DNA from: Bdellovibrionia bacterium
GTDB lineage: Bacteria; Bdellovibrionota; UBA1018
Direction of reading: 5' to 3'
DNA length: 33,007 bases
Assembly (NCBI GenBank): GCA_049424145.1
Contig: JBMSSC010000014.1
Span: 1-33,007 of the forward strand
Shown here: piece after piece, positions 1-8,871 of the stretch
Layout: each line of letters opens with the position of its first letter
Numbering within the stretch: position 1 is the first letter of the stretch
The notes under the pieces: model-generated
What the model saw: only the letters and a program-made list of their open reading frames with translations
What the model was told of the DNA's origin: nothing
Databases searched by the model: none
Position numbers and translations under genes: made by a program

Positions 1-561
1 CTGAACCAATTTTTGGGTCTGAGCCGGAGCCCCTGCCACATCAAAAACCGCTAATGCCACGGACTCGGGCAGATCGCAGGGAAGCTGAGCAAAAATCCCT
101 GAGCCAAATAAAATCGCATGCCCCCTCACATCAATCCGATCCGTCTCGGGGTGGATTTTTTTGATCTGCCGGATTTCAAGCGGGGTCAAAGTCAGGGAAA
201 CGAGGGTCGCAATTCGGTCACCCACGGCCACGGGCTTCTGCGAAACGGGGAACTTTGGTCCCACCTGCAGAACCCGACCAATGAGCATCCCTCCTGAGCC
301 TGTGACCGGATTGTGATGCTTCCCCCTGCGAGCCACGAGGTCTAAAACATGGCGCTGCATTTGGACTTCATTCCGATGACACGCCTCTTGGATCTGATGA
401 AAACTTGCCGAATCAATATTGAGGGACTCCACATCAATGAGCAGCTCATCTTCAGCAATCGGCAGGGATGGATCCAGCCGCAGAGCCTGCTGAGGGAGGA
501 CCCCCTTGGGCTCTAAAACCCGTTGAATTCCAAAATAGTCTGCCGGTCTGAACTGAGACAT
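1..561 (-). CDS. kdd: L-erythro-3,5-diaminohexanoate dehydrogenase (lysine degradation), 5' part; runs off the window edge
   Basis: Not in the ORF track. Manual translation from ATG 561 (GAGGTG RBS upstream): MSQFRPADYFGIQRVLEPKGVLPQQALRLD...ELLIDVESLNIDSASFHQI...RGKHHNPVTGSGGMLIGRV...GDRIATLVSLTLTPL...LAVFDVAGAPAQT. LNIDSASF, NPVTGSGGMLIG and DVAGAPAQT are motifs I recognise from Kdd. Confidence 0.9.
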   Translation of the reverse strand, partial: MSQFRPADYFGIQRVLEPKGVLPQQALRLDPSLPIAEDELLIDVESLNIDSASFHQIQEACHRNEVQMQRHVLDLVARRGKHHNPVTGSGGMLIGRVLQVGPKFPVSQKPVAVGDRIATLVSLTLTPLEIRQIKKIHPETDRIDVRGHAILFGSGIFAQLPCDLPESVALAVFDVAGAPAQTQKLVQ

Positions 562-742
562 GGATTCACCTCGATTCTTTTACTGATTCCACAGGACAAA
601 AGCTCACTTCTCAAACGCCGCTGAAAGTTGGGCTCAAGCGGGAGTAGGCTCACTGCCAAGGACTTCTCCCCAAACTGAATCCTACGCCCGCCGTTACACT
701 TAAACTCCGAACCCATCCTGCATGCGTTCTGATTCGTTCTTC

Positions 743-1807
743 TTAGCTCTTTTTTAATCCTTTTTTGAGCAGAATCCGCTCTTCAGCCATTTGATCAGCC
801 ACCTCATGAGGAGGCCGCTTGCTTTGCATCGAGCGATCCAGAATCTCCGCAATGGTCTTTTCAATGCGAGCCACGTGCTCATAGGCTTTCTTCTGGCTGT
901 ATGGACCAAACTGGGGATTTTCGTAGTAAATATTGATCACGCCCCCAGCATTAATCGCATAGTCCGGGACATAAACAATCCCTTTCCGCATCAACTGATG
1001 GCCGATTTCCGGGGTGGCTAACTGGTTATTTGCCCCCCCAGCAATGGCTTTCGCCTTGAGTCGCGGAAGGGTCTCCGCGTTGATCACAGCTCCTAGAGCG
1101 CACGGGGAGAAAATATCACAGTCCACATCAAAGATCTTCTCCGGCTGAACCACCTCAATTCCGTATTTTTGAGCAGCCCGCTTGACCTGCGCAGGATCAA
1201 TGTCACAGCCAATCACCTGGGCCCCCTCGGCCACTAAGTGCTCCAAAAGGTAGTAGGAAACGCTGCCTAAGCCCTGAAGTGCAATCTTCATCCCTTTTAA
1301 TGAAGGGGTTTGAAACACGTGCCGTGCCGTGGCCCTCATGCCGTAGTAAACCCCAAGACCCGTAGCAGGCGATGGATCACCACTGGAGTTAGACTCCCCG
1401 TCAATCCCCAACACATGGGAGGTTTTCGATTTAATGAGTTTCAAATCTGGAGAATCAATCCCCACATCCTTGGCCGTAATGTAGTGGCCCCCAAGACGCT
1501 CGACGAACTCACCAAAGCGCTGGAGTAACTCAGGAGTTTTTTGAGTCTTCGCATCGCCCCAAATCACAGCCTTCCCCCCACCCCAATCCAATCCAGCTAA
1601 GGAGGACTTATAGGTCATTCCTCGAGAGAGTCTCAAAACATCTTCTAACGCCTCCCCCTCCGACCCATAATTCCACATTCTGCAACCCCCGGTTGCAGGT
1701 CCAAGCACCGTTGAATGAAGGGAGATGATCGCCTTTAATCCCACGCGCGAATCCTGACAAAACACCACCTGCTCAAAATCATGAGCCTGCACTTTTTCAA
1801 ATACCAT
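743..1807 (-). CDS. ldh: Glu/Leu/Phe/Val dehydrogenase family, leucine dehydrogenase-like
   Basis: Motifs LGPATGGCRM, LRLSRGMTYK, GGGKAVI, GDPSPATG, QGLGSV, AGGANNQL, YVPDYAINAGGVIN. Start moved to ATG 1807 (MVFEKV), preceded by AGAGGG. Confidence 0.9.
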   Translation of the reverse strand: MVFEKVQAHDFEQVVFCQDSRVGLKAIISLHSTVLGPATGGCRMWNYGSEGEALEDVLRLSRGMTYKSSLAGLDWGGGKAVIWGDAKTQKTPELLQRFGEFVERLGGHYITAKDVGIDSPDLKLIKSKTSHVLGIDGESNSSGDPSPATGLGVYYGMRATARHVFQTPSLKGMKIALQGLGSVSYYLLEHLVAEGAQVIGCDIDPAQVKRAAQKYGIEVVQPEKIFDVDCDIFSPCALGAVINAETLPRLKAKAIAGGANNQLATPEIGHQLMRKGIVYVPDYAINAGGVINIYYENPQFGPYSQKKAYEHVARIEKTIAEILDRSMQSKRPPHEVADQMAEERILLKKGLKKS

Positions 1808-1968
1808 AATAAAATTCCCTCTCTTGAGCCTGACCCTAACAAGCCCTCCTTCTTCAGGCAAGAGCTCTGTGTTGAACTCGACACATCCAAAAAATAACGC
1901 GGTCAAGAATTTTGCTTTGGTTTAAATAGACTTTATGTGAAAATTAGAAACAAGACCGAGAAGAAACT

Positions 1969-3840
1969 ATGAAAAAAATCCTGGATTCTAAAGCCAACTC
2001 CTCCGTTGTTTCAAAGTACCGCTTTGAGCTGCTTGCGCTACTCATTGGTTCAATTGCTTGTCCTTCGATGGCCTGGGCCGAAAAACGAAGCCTAAGCCTC
2101 AAGGAAATTCAATCGGTGATCTCTGATTTTCAAGTCCACATTGAGCCCATCTCCTCCCCCATTGATGATGAATACACGGACTCAGAGCGCCCTGAAGCGG
2201 AGGCCGAAGTCGTCTTCTACGGTGTTCTTTTTAAAGACTGCTACGAAGGAGCCCTCCAAATCCAGCCGCATGAAAACCCCAACTCAAGCTCATGCAAAAA
2301 TAGTTTGGGATTTGAGTTTCTTGCCGACTACGAGGCCCTAAAAAAATGCGTCACCGAGCATCGAAAACAAAAACACAAATGCGCAAAGGAGCCCTCTCAA
2401 ACCTCCTCTTCAACGCTCAACCAACCCTGCGTGCTGTTGTCACAAAATCCCCAGTTCAGAGTCCCCCTTCAAGACCCACTCACACGTGATCTTGGGATCA
2501 AGCTAGTCTATGAGAACCTCAACAAAGACAAGGATCGGCTCCAGTGTTTAGACTTCTCCTCAACCCCGCTGGTCTTCTCTTCCTCTCACCTAAAAAAAGA
2601 AAAGCTTCATCAGGAGCAAAAAGCCCAACAACTCGACCAAGAACAAAAAGTGAAATTCGAGCGCGCTCAAAAAATCACCCACCTTCAAAGCCAAATCTGC
2701 ACTCACTGTGCGAGTCAAAAACAATGGCAGGAGGCGGTTTCAGCCAACGAAGAGCTGCTCGCCATGAAAGCGATTGAAAAAGCCTTGTTTGACCAAAACG
2801 AGGAGCATCTCAAACTTGCCCAGTTTGATCTGCTTTTGTCCAACATCACTCAGGGAAGTCTCGAGGAACTCGACTCAGTGGAGGAAAAACTCCATACCTG
2901 GGCAACAGAAAACCCAGCAGATGTCGAGAAAGTGGCCGATGGCATCCGATCCCTCGCCGCACGATACACGAATAAGCCCAATGCCAAACCTGAGGACTGG
3001 GAGCAGGCTGCACAGACCGTGAAAAAGGGCCTCACCTTAAAAAAGCTTCCTTATAAAAAGAAGAAAGCCTTTGAGCAGGCTCTGGGTGAAATTCGAGTGG
3101 GAAGAATCCAATCCATGGCCCAATATGGATCTTTAAGAAATCCCTATCCGTTTCAAATCGAATACTCCCGAGTTCTGCGAGAGACGGAACACCAAGCATG
3201 GAGTGTTTGCCTGGGCTTTCAGGCCAATCAAGAGCAATGTGCCGAAACCCTGAAACTCAGGCAGGCGATGCAGAACATTCCGGCCATCGCCATGGCTGCT
3301 GATCAACAGCTGGTGCAAGGCGCGCAACAGCTCAACCAAGCCCTCAATCCAAGCCTTCCGATGTCTCCGATTTCCTTACCCGGGGCACCCATGACTCTTC
3401 CTGTGGGCGGCACTCCGGCTCAGATGACACCCCCTCCGAACAACCCCCCTGTTGCGCCACTTGTGATTCCACCTACACTCACTAACACTATTCCTCAAGG
3501 AATGACTCCAGGCGTAGCCAGCCCGATTTATCCTTTTGGCGGGCAAATGGCGATGATGAACCCCATGGGAGGCGCCTTCCCGAATGCAGGAATGAACCCT
3601 TTTAACCCAATGACCGGCGGCATGTACCCAGGCGTGGGACTTCCTCCTTCTCCAATGGGGAGCATCGGATCGTTTCCTCTGGGCATGAATGGGCTTACTG
3701 GAATGAATGGTATGAATGGCTTAATGAATTATCCGATGCCTGGAATTCCTTATACCAATCCTTATAACTCGACTCCTTTTGGATTGAACCCCATGATGCA
3801 ACCTTCCTACGGCAGCTCCTTTATGCGAATTGGCTTCTAA
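1969..3840 (+). CDS. Hypothetical exported protein, Cys-rich N-terminal region, helical middle, long Pro/Gly/Met/Asn low-complexity tail
   Basis: 623-aa ORF with a signal-peptide-like N-terminus (LLALLIGSIACPSMAWA|EK); no family recognised. Confidence 0.75.
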   Translation: MKKILDSKANSSVVSKYRFELLALLIGSIACPSMAWAEKRSLSLKEIQSVISDFQVHIEPISSPIDDEYTDSERPEAEAEVVFYGVLFKDCYEGALQIQPHENPNSSSCKNSLGFEFLADYEALKKCVTEHRKQKHKCAKEPSQTSSSTLNQPCVLLSQNPQFRVPLQDPLTRDLGIKLVYENLNKDKDRLQCLDFSSTPLVFSSSHLKKEKLHQEQKAQQLDQEQKVKFERAQKITHLQSQICTHCASQKQWQEAVSANEELLAMKAIEKALFDQNEEHLKLAQFDLLLSNITQGSLEELDSVEEKLHTWATENPADVEKVADGIRSLAARYTNKPNAKPEDWEQAAQTVKKGLTLKKLPYKKKKAFEQALGEIRVGRIQSMAQYGSLRNPYPFQIEYSRVLRETEHQAWSVCLGFQANQEQCAETLKLRQAMQNIPAIAMAADQQLVQGAQQLNQALNPSLPMSPISLPGAPMTLPVGGTPAQMTPPPNNPPVAPLVIPPTLTNTIPQGMTPGVASPIYPFGGQMAMMNPMGGAFPNAGMNPFNPMTGGMYPGVGLPPSPMGSIGSFPLGMNGLTGMNGMNGLMNYPMPGIPYTNPYNSTPFGLNPMMQPSYGSSFMRIGF

Positions 3841-3850
3841 GAACATCGTA

Positions 3851-3903
3851 ATAAAAAAAAAGAAAATTTTTTATTTGACGCCACAGCTAATCCGCGATTA
3901 CTT
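3851..3903 (+). promoter_or_regulatory. Possible sigma70-type promoter of the cold-shock gene
   Basis: A/T tract (UP-element-like) followed by TTGACG at 3875-3880; the -10 match is weak. Confidence 0.3.
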
Positions 3904-3951
3904 CATTCCTTAGTTGCTCTTCAATTTTTTTTCTTTTCAGGGGGTGCACGA

Positions 3952-4161
3952 ATGGCAACCGGATTAGTGAAGTGGTTCAACGACAGTAAAGGTTATGGTT
4001 TTATCCAGGCTGATGGCACTGAACGAGATGTTTTTGTGCACTACACAGCAATTCAAGGAGAGGGATTCAAAACTCTTGTTGAAGGCCAAAAAGTCGAATT
4101 TGAATTAATCGAAGGACCAAAAGGACCGCAAGCTGCAAACGTAGCCAAAGCAGTTCAATAA
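3952..4161 (+). CDS. csp: Cold-shock protein (CspA family)
   Basis: [15 protein letters not shown] (RNP1), DVFVHYTAI (RNP2), [10 protein letters not shown]. Confidence 0.97.
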   Translation: MATGLVKWFNDSKGYGFIQADGTERDVFVHYTAIQGEGFKTLVEGQKVEFELIEGPKGPQAANVAKAVQ

Positions 4162-4185
4162 ACCATTCATCCTATTTTAGAATGA

Positions 4186-4233
4186 AACCCTGGGGAAAAA
4201 CGCAAGCTGTTTCGCCCCAGGGTTCTGGTTTTT
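4186..4233. terminator. Hairpin between convergent csp and astD, probable (bidirectional) terminator
   Basis: Perfect 10-bp inverted repeat AACCCTGGGG (4186-4195) / CCCCAGGGTT (4215-4224), followed by a T run on the + strand. Confidence 0.6.
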
Positions 4234-4235
4234 CA

Positions 4236-5777
4236 TCAGCTCCAATTCAATCCAGGCGTTTTCCCAGCAAGACTGGCCATCTCTGGCACCTTTTGCATCT
4301 CTAAACTCGCCACAGGCATTGCACAATACCGAGTCGCAAACACTGCCGTCGGGAAGTGATTTCCACTCTTTTTAAACCCACCAAACGGTAACCGAGAAGA
4401 GGCGCCTGAGGTGGATTTATTCCAGTTCAGCACCCCAACATCTAATCCCTCCCAGCATTGATCATAGATCTTTCGATTCATCGTAAAAACACTGGCAGCA
4501 AGACCAAACTGAGTTGCATTGGCCTGCAAGATGGCTTCCTCCACCTCATCCACTCCTAGAATCAACACGTTCGGAGCAAACAGCTCCGTCTGCTGATAAA
4601 GACTTTTTCGAGTTTGTTCTAATGAGATTTTCTCAGCCAGACAAATCGACGGAGTCACATAATTTCCACTTTGAGGCAGCTCCAGTTGTTTTCCCCTCAT
4701 CACCACTTCACACCCCTCACGAGCTGCAATTCCAATGAATTTTAAGTATCGATCCACCGCCCCCTGATCAATCAACGGCCCCATCAAGGGATTGGCCGTC
4801 GGATGTCCAATGGAGAAAGCCTTTGCGCGGCTATGAAGTCGCTCCACGAACTGAGGCAACAGCTTTCTTTGAACCAACACTCGACTCGTTGCACTGCAGC
4901 GCTGACCGGTGGTGAGATACGCTCCTAGGATCACCTCATGAACAGCCAGATCTAAATGGGCATCCCCCCAAACAATGGCCGAGTTTTTCCCCCCCATTTC
5001 TAACGCCAAGAGCTTCCAGTGCTGATGCAATGTGTCCTGCTTAATCTTTAAGCCCACCTCATAGGAGCCTGTAAATAAGACGGCATCAACGGACTCATGA
5101 GTGACCAGCCGGCTTCCCACCTCACGCTCGCCATGAATCAGATTCACCACTCCTGGGGGAAACCCCGCCTCATCGAAACACTCGGCCATGATTTGTCCCA
5201 CAAACGGGGTCTTCTCCGAGGGCTTAAATACGACCGTGTTCCCCATGAGCAAGGCTGGCACCAAATGCCCATTGGGCAAATGACCGGGAAAATTAAAAGG
5301 CCCCACCACGGCCATCACGCCCAAGGGGCGATGCCGACACCGACCGTCCACGCCATCAACTGAGGCCAACTCAAAATCAGCGGCAAACTTCAGCCCCTCT
5401 TCAAGCGTGATCTCCACTTTGCTCACCATGGAGGCAAACTCCGTTTTTGCTTCCCAAAGCGGCTTGCCCACCTCTCGCGCAATCATTTCCGTCAAATCCT
5501 GCTCACGGCGAATCAACGCTTGTTGATAGCGAACCAGTGCTTGAATCCGACTCTGAAGCGGCTGCTTTCTCCAAGAAGAAAAGGCTTGCCGGGCCGAAGC
5601 CACCGCCCGATCGACCGATGCATAGGAGTACTGAACCTGACCTATCTCGTCAGCAAATGCCGCAGGACTTCGACTCGTCCACTCGCCGCTCCACTCAAGA
5701 GCCAAAGTGAACTGACCTTCAATATAGTTCCCACGAAACTGAACCTTTTTAAAATCTTTCAATCCACGAGCCGACAT
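4236..5777 (-). CDS. astD: N-succinylglutamate 5-semialdehyde dehydrogenase
   Basis: ALDH with AstD-type signatures GPFNFPGHLPNGH, KPSEKTP, LALEMGGKN, catalytic TTGQRCS, PFGGFKKSGNH...YCAMPVASLE; adjacent to astA. Confidence 0.85.
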   Translation of the reverse strand: MSARGLKDFKKVQFRGNYIEGQFTLALEWSGEWTSRSPAAFADEIGQVQYSYASVDRAVASARQAFSSWRKQPLQSRIQALVRYQQALIRREQDLTEMIAREVGKPLWEAKTEFASMVSKVEITLEEGLKFAADFELASVDGVDGRCRHRPLGVMAVVGPFNFPGHLPNGHLVPALLMGNTVVFKPSEKTPFVGQIMAECFDEAGFPPGVVNLIHGEREVGSRLVTHESVDAVLFTGSYEVGLKIKQDTLHQHWKLLALEMGGKNSAIVWGDAHLDLAVHEVILGAYLTTGQRCSATSRVLVQRKLLPQFVERLHSRAKAFSIGHPTANPLMGPLIDQGAVDRYLKFIGIAAREGCEVVMRGKQLELPQSGNYVTPSICLAEKISLEQTRKSLYQQTELFAPNVLILGVDEVEEAILQANATQFGLAASVFTMNRKIYDQCWEGLDVGVLNWNKSTSGASSRLPFGGFKKSGNHFPTAVFATRYCAMPVASLEMQKVPEMASLAGKTPGLNWS

Positions 5778-5868
5778 CGGATTTCACCCCTTCTTCCTTC
5801 ATATTAAAAAAACCGCTGATCTCAAAGCACTGCACCCATCCCAAGAGTTGACGTTGGGCTCTTCACGC

Positions 5869-6912
5869 TCAGTAATAGGGCATAAACGTGACGGTTTCCT
5901 GCTCACTTAAATCTAAGGTCCTCTGAAGACTCGGGGCATCTGAATCAAAAACACGAATCTTCCCCTCCTCGACCGCTGCCCTGACGGATACGGCTCGAAA
6001 CTCACCTGCAGCTTGCTTGGTTTTGCACATCAAGCCCAGCTGCCAATCCGGCGAGTCTCCCACCTGAGAGACCCCAGCAAAGCTCAGGCTCTTAGAATGC
6101 TTCACCGGCAAAAGATCATCCACGTTCGCCCAAAGGTGAGGCCCCCCGTCAAAGGGATCCACTTGGTCCTTGTACTGAAAACCAATCTTCTTGAGCATGT
6201 GGAGAACGGGCTCTGTTTCCTTGCCCACTTTTCCGATGGAATTTTTCGCTTCAGCAGAAAAAAACGTCGTATAAATCTTCCCCGAAGGAAACAAGGAGAA
6301 GATAAACTCCTTGTTCTTTTGACATAACTGATCGGCTTCCCAATAATCCATATTGGTGAACCGTCGACCAATGGCCTCCCAAAGGGGCGACTGGCCTTTT
6401 TTATTTAAAGGAGGAAGCAACTCAGCTAAGAGCTTTCTCTTAAATCGACTTCGATTTAAGCTCAGAAATAAAAATCGCACAAACGAGATCTGGCGACCCA
6501 CGCGAGCCTCGGAGTTGCGATATTGGGGATCTAAGATCAACCCACCAATCTCAGACGGGCCGTTGCTGTCGTACTTCAGCTTCAATGTTCCGTGAATAAA
6601 GCCCGTATTGATCGTACTGGAGAACTTCTGCTCACTGGAAACCTCAAAGTAAAAATGAGGTGACTCCACAGTCCCATGCTGACCCGCAATCATCGAGGTC
6701 CCCAGGATGAGCTTTGAGCTCAGATCCTCCGCCACAAAAAGGTACTTGCCCTCAAACTTATTGATCAACTGATCCCGAAACGAAGCCACGGACCGAGAAA
6801 TCTTCTCTTTTAAAAAATCTTTATCGTTAATGAGGTTAATAAATCCAGGCGTCTGAGCCAGCCGCTCCAAGGCATCCAGATCCCTTTCTTGAATCTCCCT
6901 CAGTAAAATCAT
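5869..6912 (-). CDS. astA: Arginine/ornithine N-succinyltransferase
   Basis: AstA-like features: YLFVAED, GPSEIGGLIL, RFLFL, AEL...SPLWEAIGRRF..MDY.EAD, VDPFDGGP. Confidence 0.88.
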   Translation of the reverse strand: MILLREIQERDLDALERLAQTPGFINLINDKDFLKEKISRSVASFRDQLINKFEGKYLFVAEDLSSKLILGTSMIAGQHGTVESPHFYFEVSSEQKFSSTINTGFIHGTLKLKYDSNGPSEIGGLILDPQYRNSEARVGRQISFVRFLFLSLNRSRFKRKLLAELLPPLNKKGQSPLWEAIGRRFTNMDYWEADQLCQKNKEFIFSLFPSGKIYTTFFSAEAKNSIGKVGKETEPVLHMLKKIGFQYKDQVDPFDGGPHLWANVDDLLPVKHSKSLSFAGVSQVGDSPDWQLGLMCKTKQAAGEFRAVSVRAAVEEGKIRVFDSDAPSLQRTLDLSEQETVTFMPYY

Positions 6913-8390
6913 AAGCAGACTTTCTCAATGACTTTTTCATAAAAATGAACAGCCTTCTCAAAATGCTCTATAATATTGTGCTCGTTCGGGGAGTGACTGT
7001 TTCCTTGAGACACCCCAGGCCCAAAGACAATGGCTGGATAGCCTGCTTGAAAAAACTGAGCCGCCTCCGTGGAAGTGGCTTTCTTGGAGAACACAGGATC
7101 GATGCCCACCTCATGCATGGATTGGCGGCAAATCTGAAGAAGCTCATCTTGTAAACCCATGTTCAGCGACGGGTTCATCCGCTCACGCACAGCGGCCACA
7201 TTCAGATTGGGATACTTCCCTGCAATGACTTGAATCCCGGACTTAACGGTTCGCTCCAACTCCTCAGGCCACGTGTCAGGCAACAACCGAAGATCAAAAT
7301 GCATCTCAATGGTTCCCATGCCCTGTTTGATTTGCCCAAAATTCACCGTCGAAAAGGGAGGATCATACGTCGGGTCTTGAACCTTCCCGAACTCATCGGA
7401 CATCCGTGTAAAGAAATTCACAATCTCCGTCACACAGGACAACAACTGCTCAGGCAAGAACTTCACTCCCGCATCGCCTGATCCCCCAAGCTCAATTCGA
7501 AACGCCTTACCGCCTAATCCAGACTGGGCCACTTCCCTAAAAAATCTCTTAAAATCCTCAAACTGATGGGAGGTTAAATAAAACTGGGTCACCGCATGAT
7601 CGGGCACTTTATTTACGGTATCCCCCCCATCGATTCGAGTGAAGCGCATCTCAAAGCCTTGTTCCATGGCCCGATGGAGAAAATCGACTGAAGCGAGCAC
7701 CGCGTTCACCCCTAAATGAGGATAGGAACTATGAGCTGACTTACCAAACGCATGAAGATCAATCCTCCGATTAAAACCCCGCGCATCCCGCTCAATCAAT
7801 TGGTAGCCGATGGAAATTTTAAAAATATTTAAGCATTTGTGAGCATAGACGACTTTCAGCTCCGAGGGTTCTCCGACCAAAACATACTTAGGATTTAAGC
7901 AATTGGACTTAATTAAATACTTGGTTCCAAACATTCCGATTTCTTCACCACACGTGCCGACGAGGTAAATTGGATTTTTTAGCTTCTTTTCACGGAATCG
8001 CTCAATTGCATTTAACTTACAGAGAAAATCGAGCTTCACATCGGCGGAGCCTAATCCATAAATCTTTCCATCCTTAATCATCGCAGAAAAAGGATCCTTT
8101 CCCGTCTCCGTCCAATTGTCGTAAACTCCAGGACTCACCGTATCGAGATGGGTGCAAAGCAAGAGTCCTTTTCGGATTTTTCGATCCACCAGAGGATCCC
8201 CCAAAACTCCAATGACGTTAAACTGACGTTTGGAAATTTTCTCATTGGAGTGGGTGACATGCTGAATCTGGGTTTTCAACCCCCGATCTTGCATCAAAGC
8301 AGTGACGTAGTTGGCAATCTCTTCGTTACCGTCAGCGCTCACGGAGCGAATCCGGATCATTCTTTTTGCTTCTTCTAAAAAACGTTTCAT
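6909..8390 (-). CDS. M20 family metallo-amidohydrolase (ArgE/DapE-like, enlarged lid domain)
   Basis: HLDTV, GLGSADVK, EEIG, GEPS, GKSAHSS, NKVPD, STEA, HSPNEH; ATGA overlap with the astA start. Confidence 0.88.
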   Translation of the reverse strand: MKRFLEEAKRMIRIRSVSADGNEEIANYVTALMQDRGLKTQIQHVTHSNEKISKRQFNVIGVLGDPLVDRKIRKGLLLCTHLDTVSPGVYDNWTETGKDPFSAMIKDGKIYGLGSADVKLDFLCKLNAIERFREKKLKNPIYLVGTCGEEIGMFGTKYLIKSNCLNPKYVLVGEPSELKVVYAHKCLNIFKISIGYQLIERDARGFNRRIDLHAFGKSAHSSYPHLGVNAVLASVDFLHRAMEQGFEMRFTRIDGGDTVNKVPDHAVTQFYLTSHQFEDFKRFFREVAQSGLGGKAFRIELGGSGDAGVKFLPEQLLSCVTEIVNFFTRMSDEFGKVQDPTYDPPFSTVNFGQIKQGMGTIEMHFDLRLLPDTWPEELERTVKSGIQVIAGKYPNLNVAAVRERMNPSLNMGLQDELLQICRQSMHEVGIDPVFSKKATSTEAAQFFQAGYPAIVFGPGVSQGNSHSPNEHNIIEHFEKAVHFYEKVIEKVCL

Positions 8391-8871
8391 ACGCTTGCCT
8401 CAATGATTTCTTGGTTTCGTTGGAACAACAACTCGGTCAACCCAGTTCAATCTACTTCTTTTTCTCCTCTTCCCCGAAACCCCTGCTGAATGTCGGTCTT
8501 GAGTCGATGCCATTTCAATGCCTAGAGAAAAGTTCTGTCTGCCTGATGTGAATTTTTAGGTGTTCCCGTTCGTCCTGGGATCACAGAGTTTGGGGGCCTA
8601 TTGTTCTGAGACTCCCTTAAGCCTCCCCCGTTGAGAATCGGTTCGTTGAAGCTTCCCATCTTCTTCCCACCTGAGTCAATGAGCCGTCTCCCGCTGTGGC
8701 CCCTCACAATCGACGGACTTAATCAAAGAAGGCCAGTTCAACTGCAGTTGGTTCGGTTCAGGCTGAGTGTTTGCGGACATGAAGAATCCCCCTATGCGAC
8801 ATCTGTGAACCTTCTCTCAGCGTTACCATGAGCGCATTTTTGTTGCAAGATCGCAACAAGCCCGCTTATTT

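Noticed and set aside
513..716. 67-aa ORF from the track
   Set aside because: It overlaps the kdd start out of frame and shows no recognisable features.
562..742. Canonical lysine riboswitch, SRP RNA or tRNA
   Set aside because: The consensus motifs were not found by eye; kept only as an unclassified hairpin.
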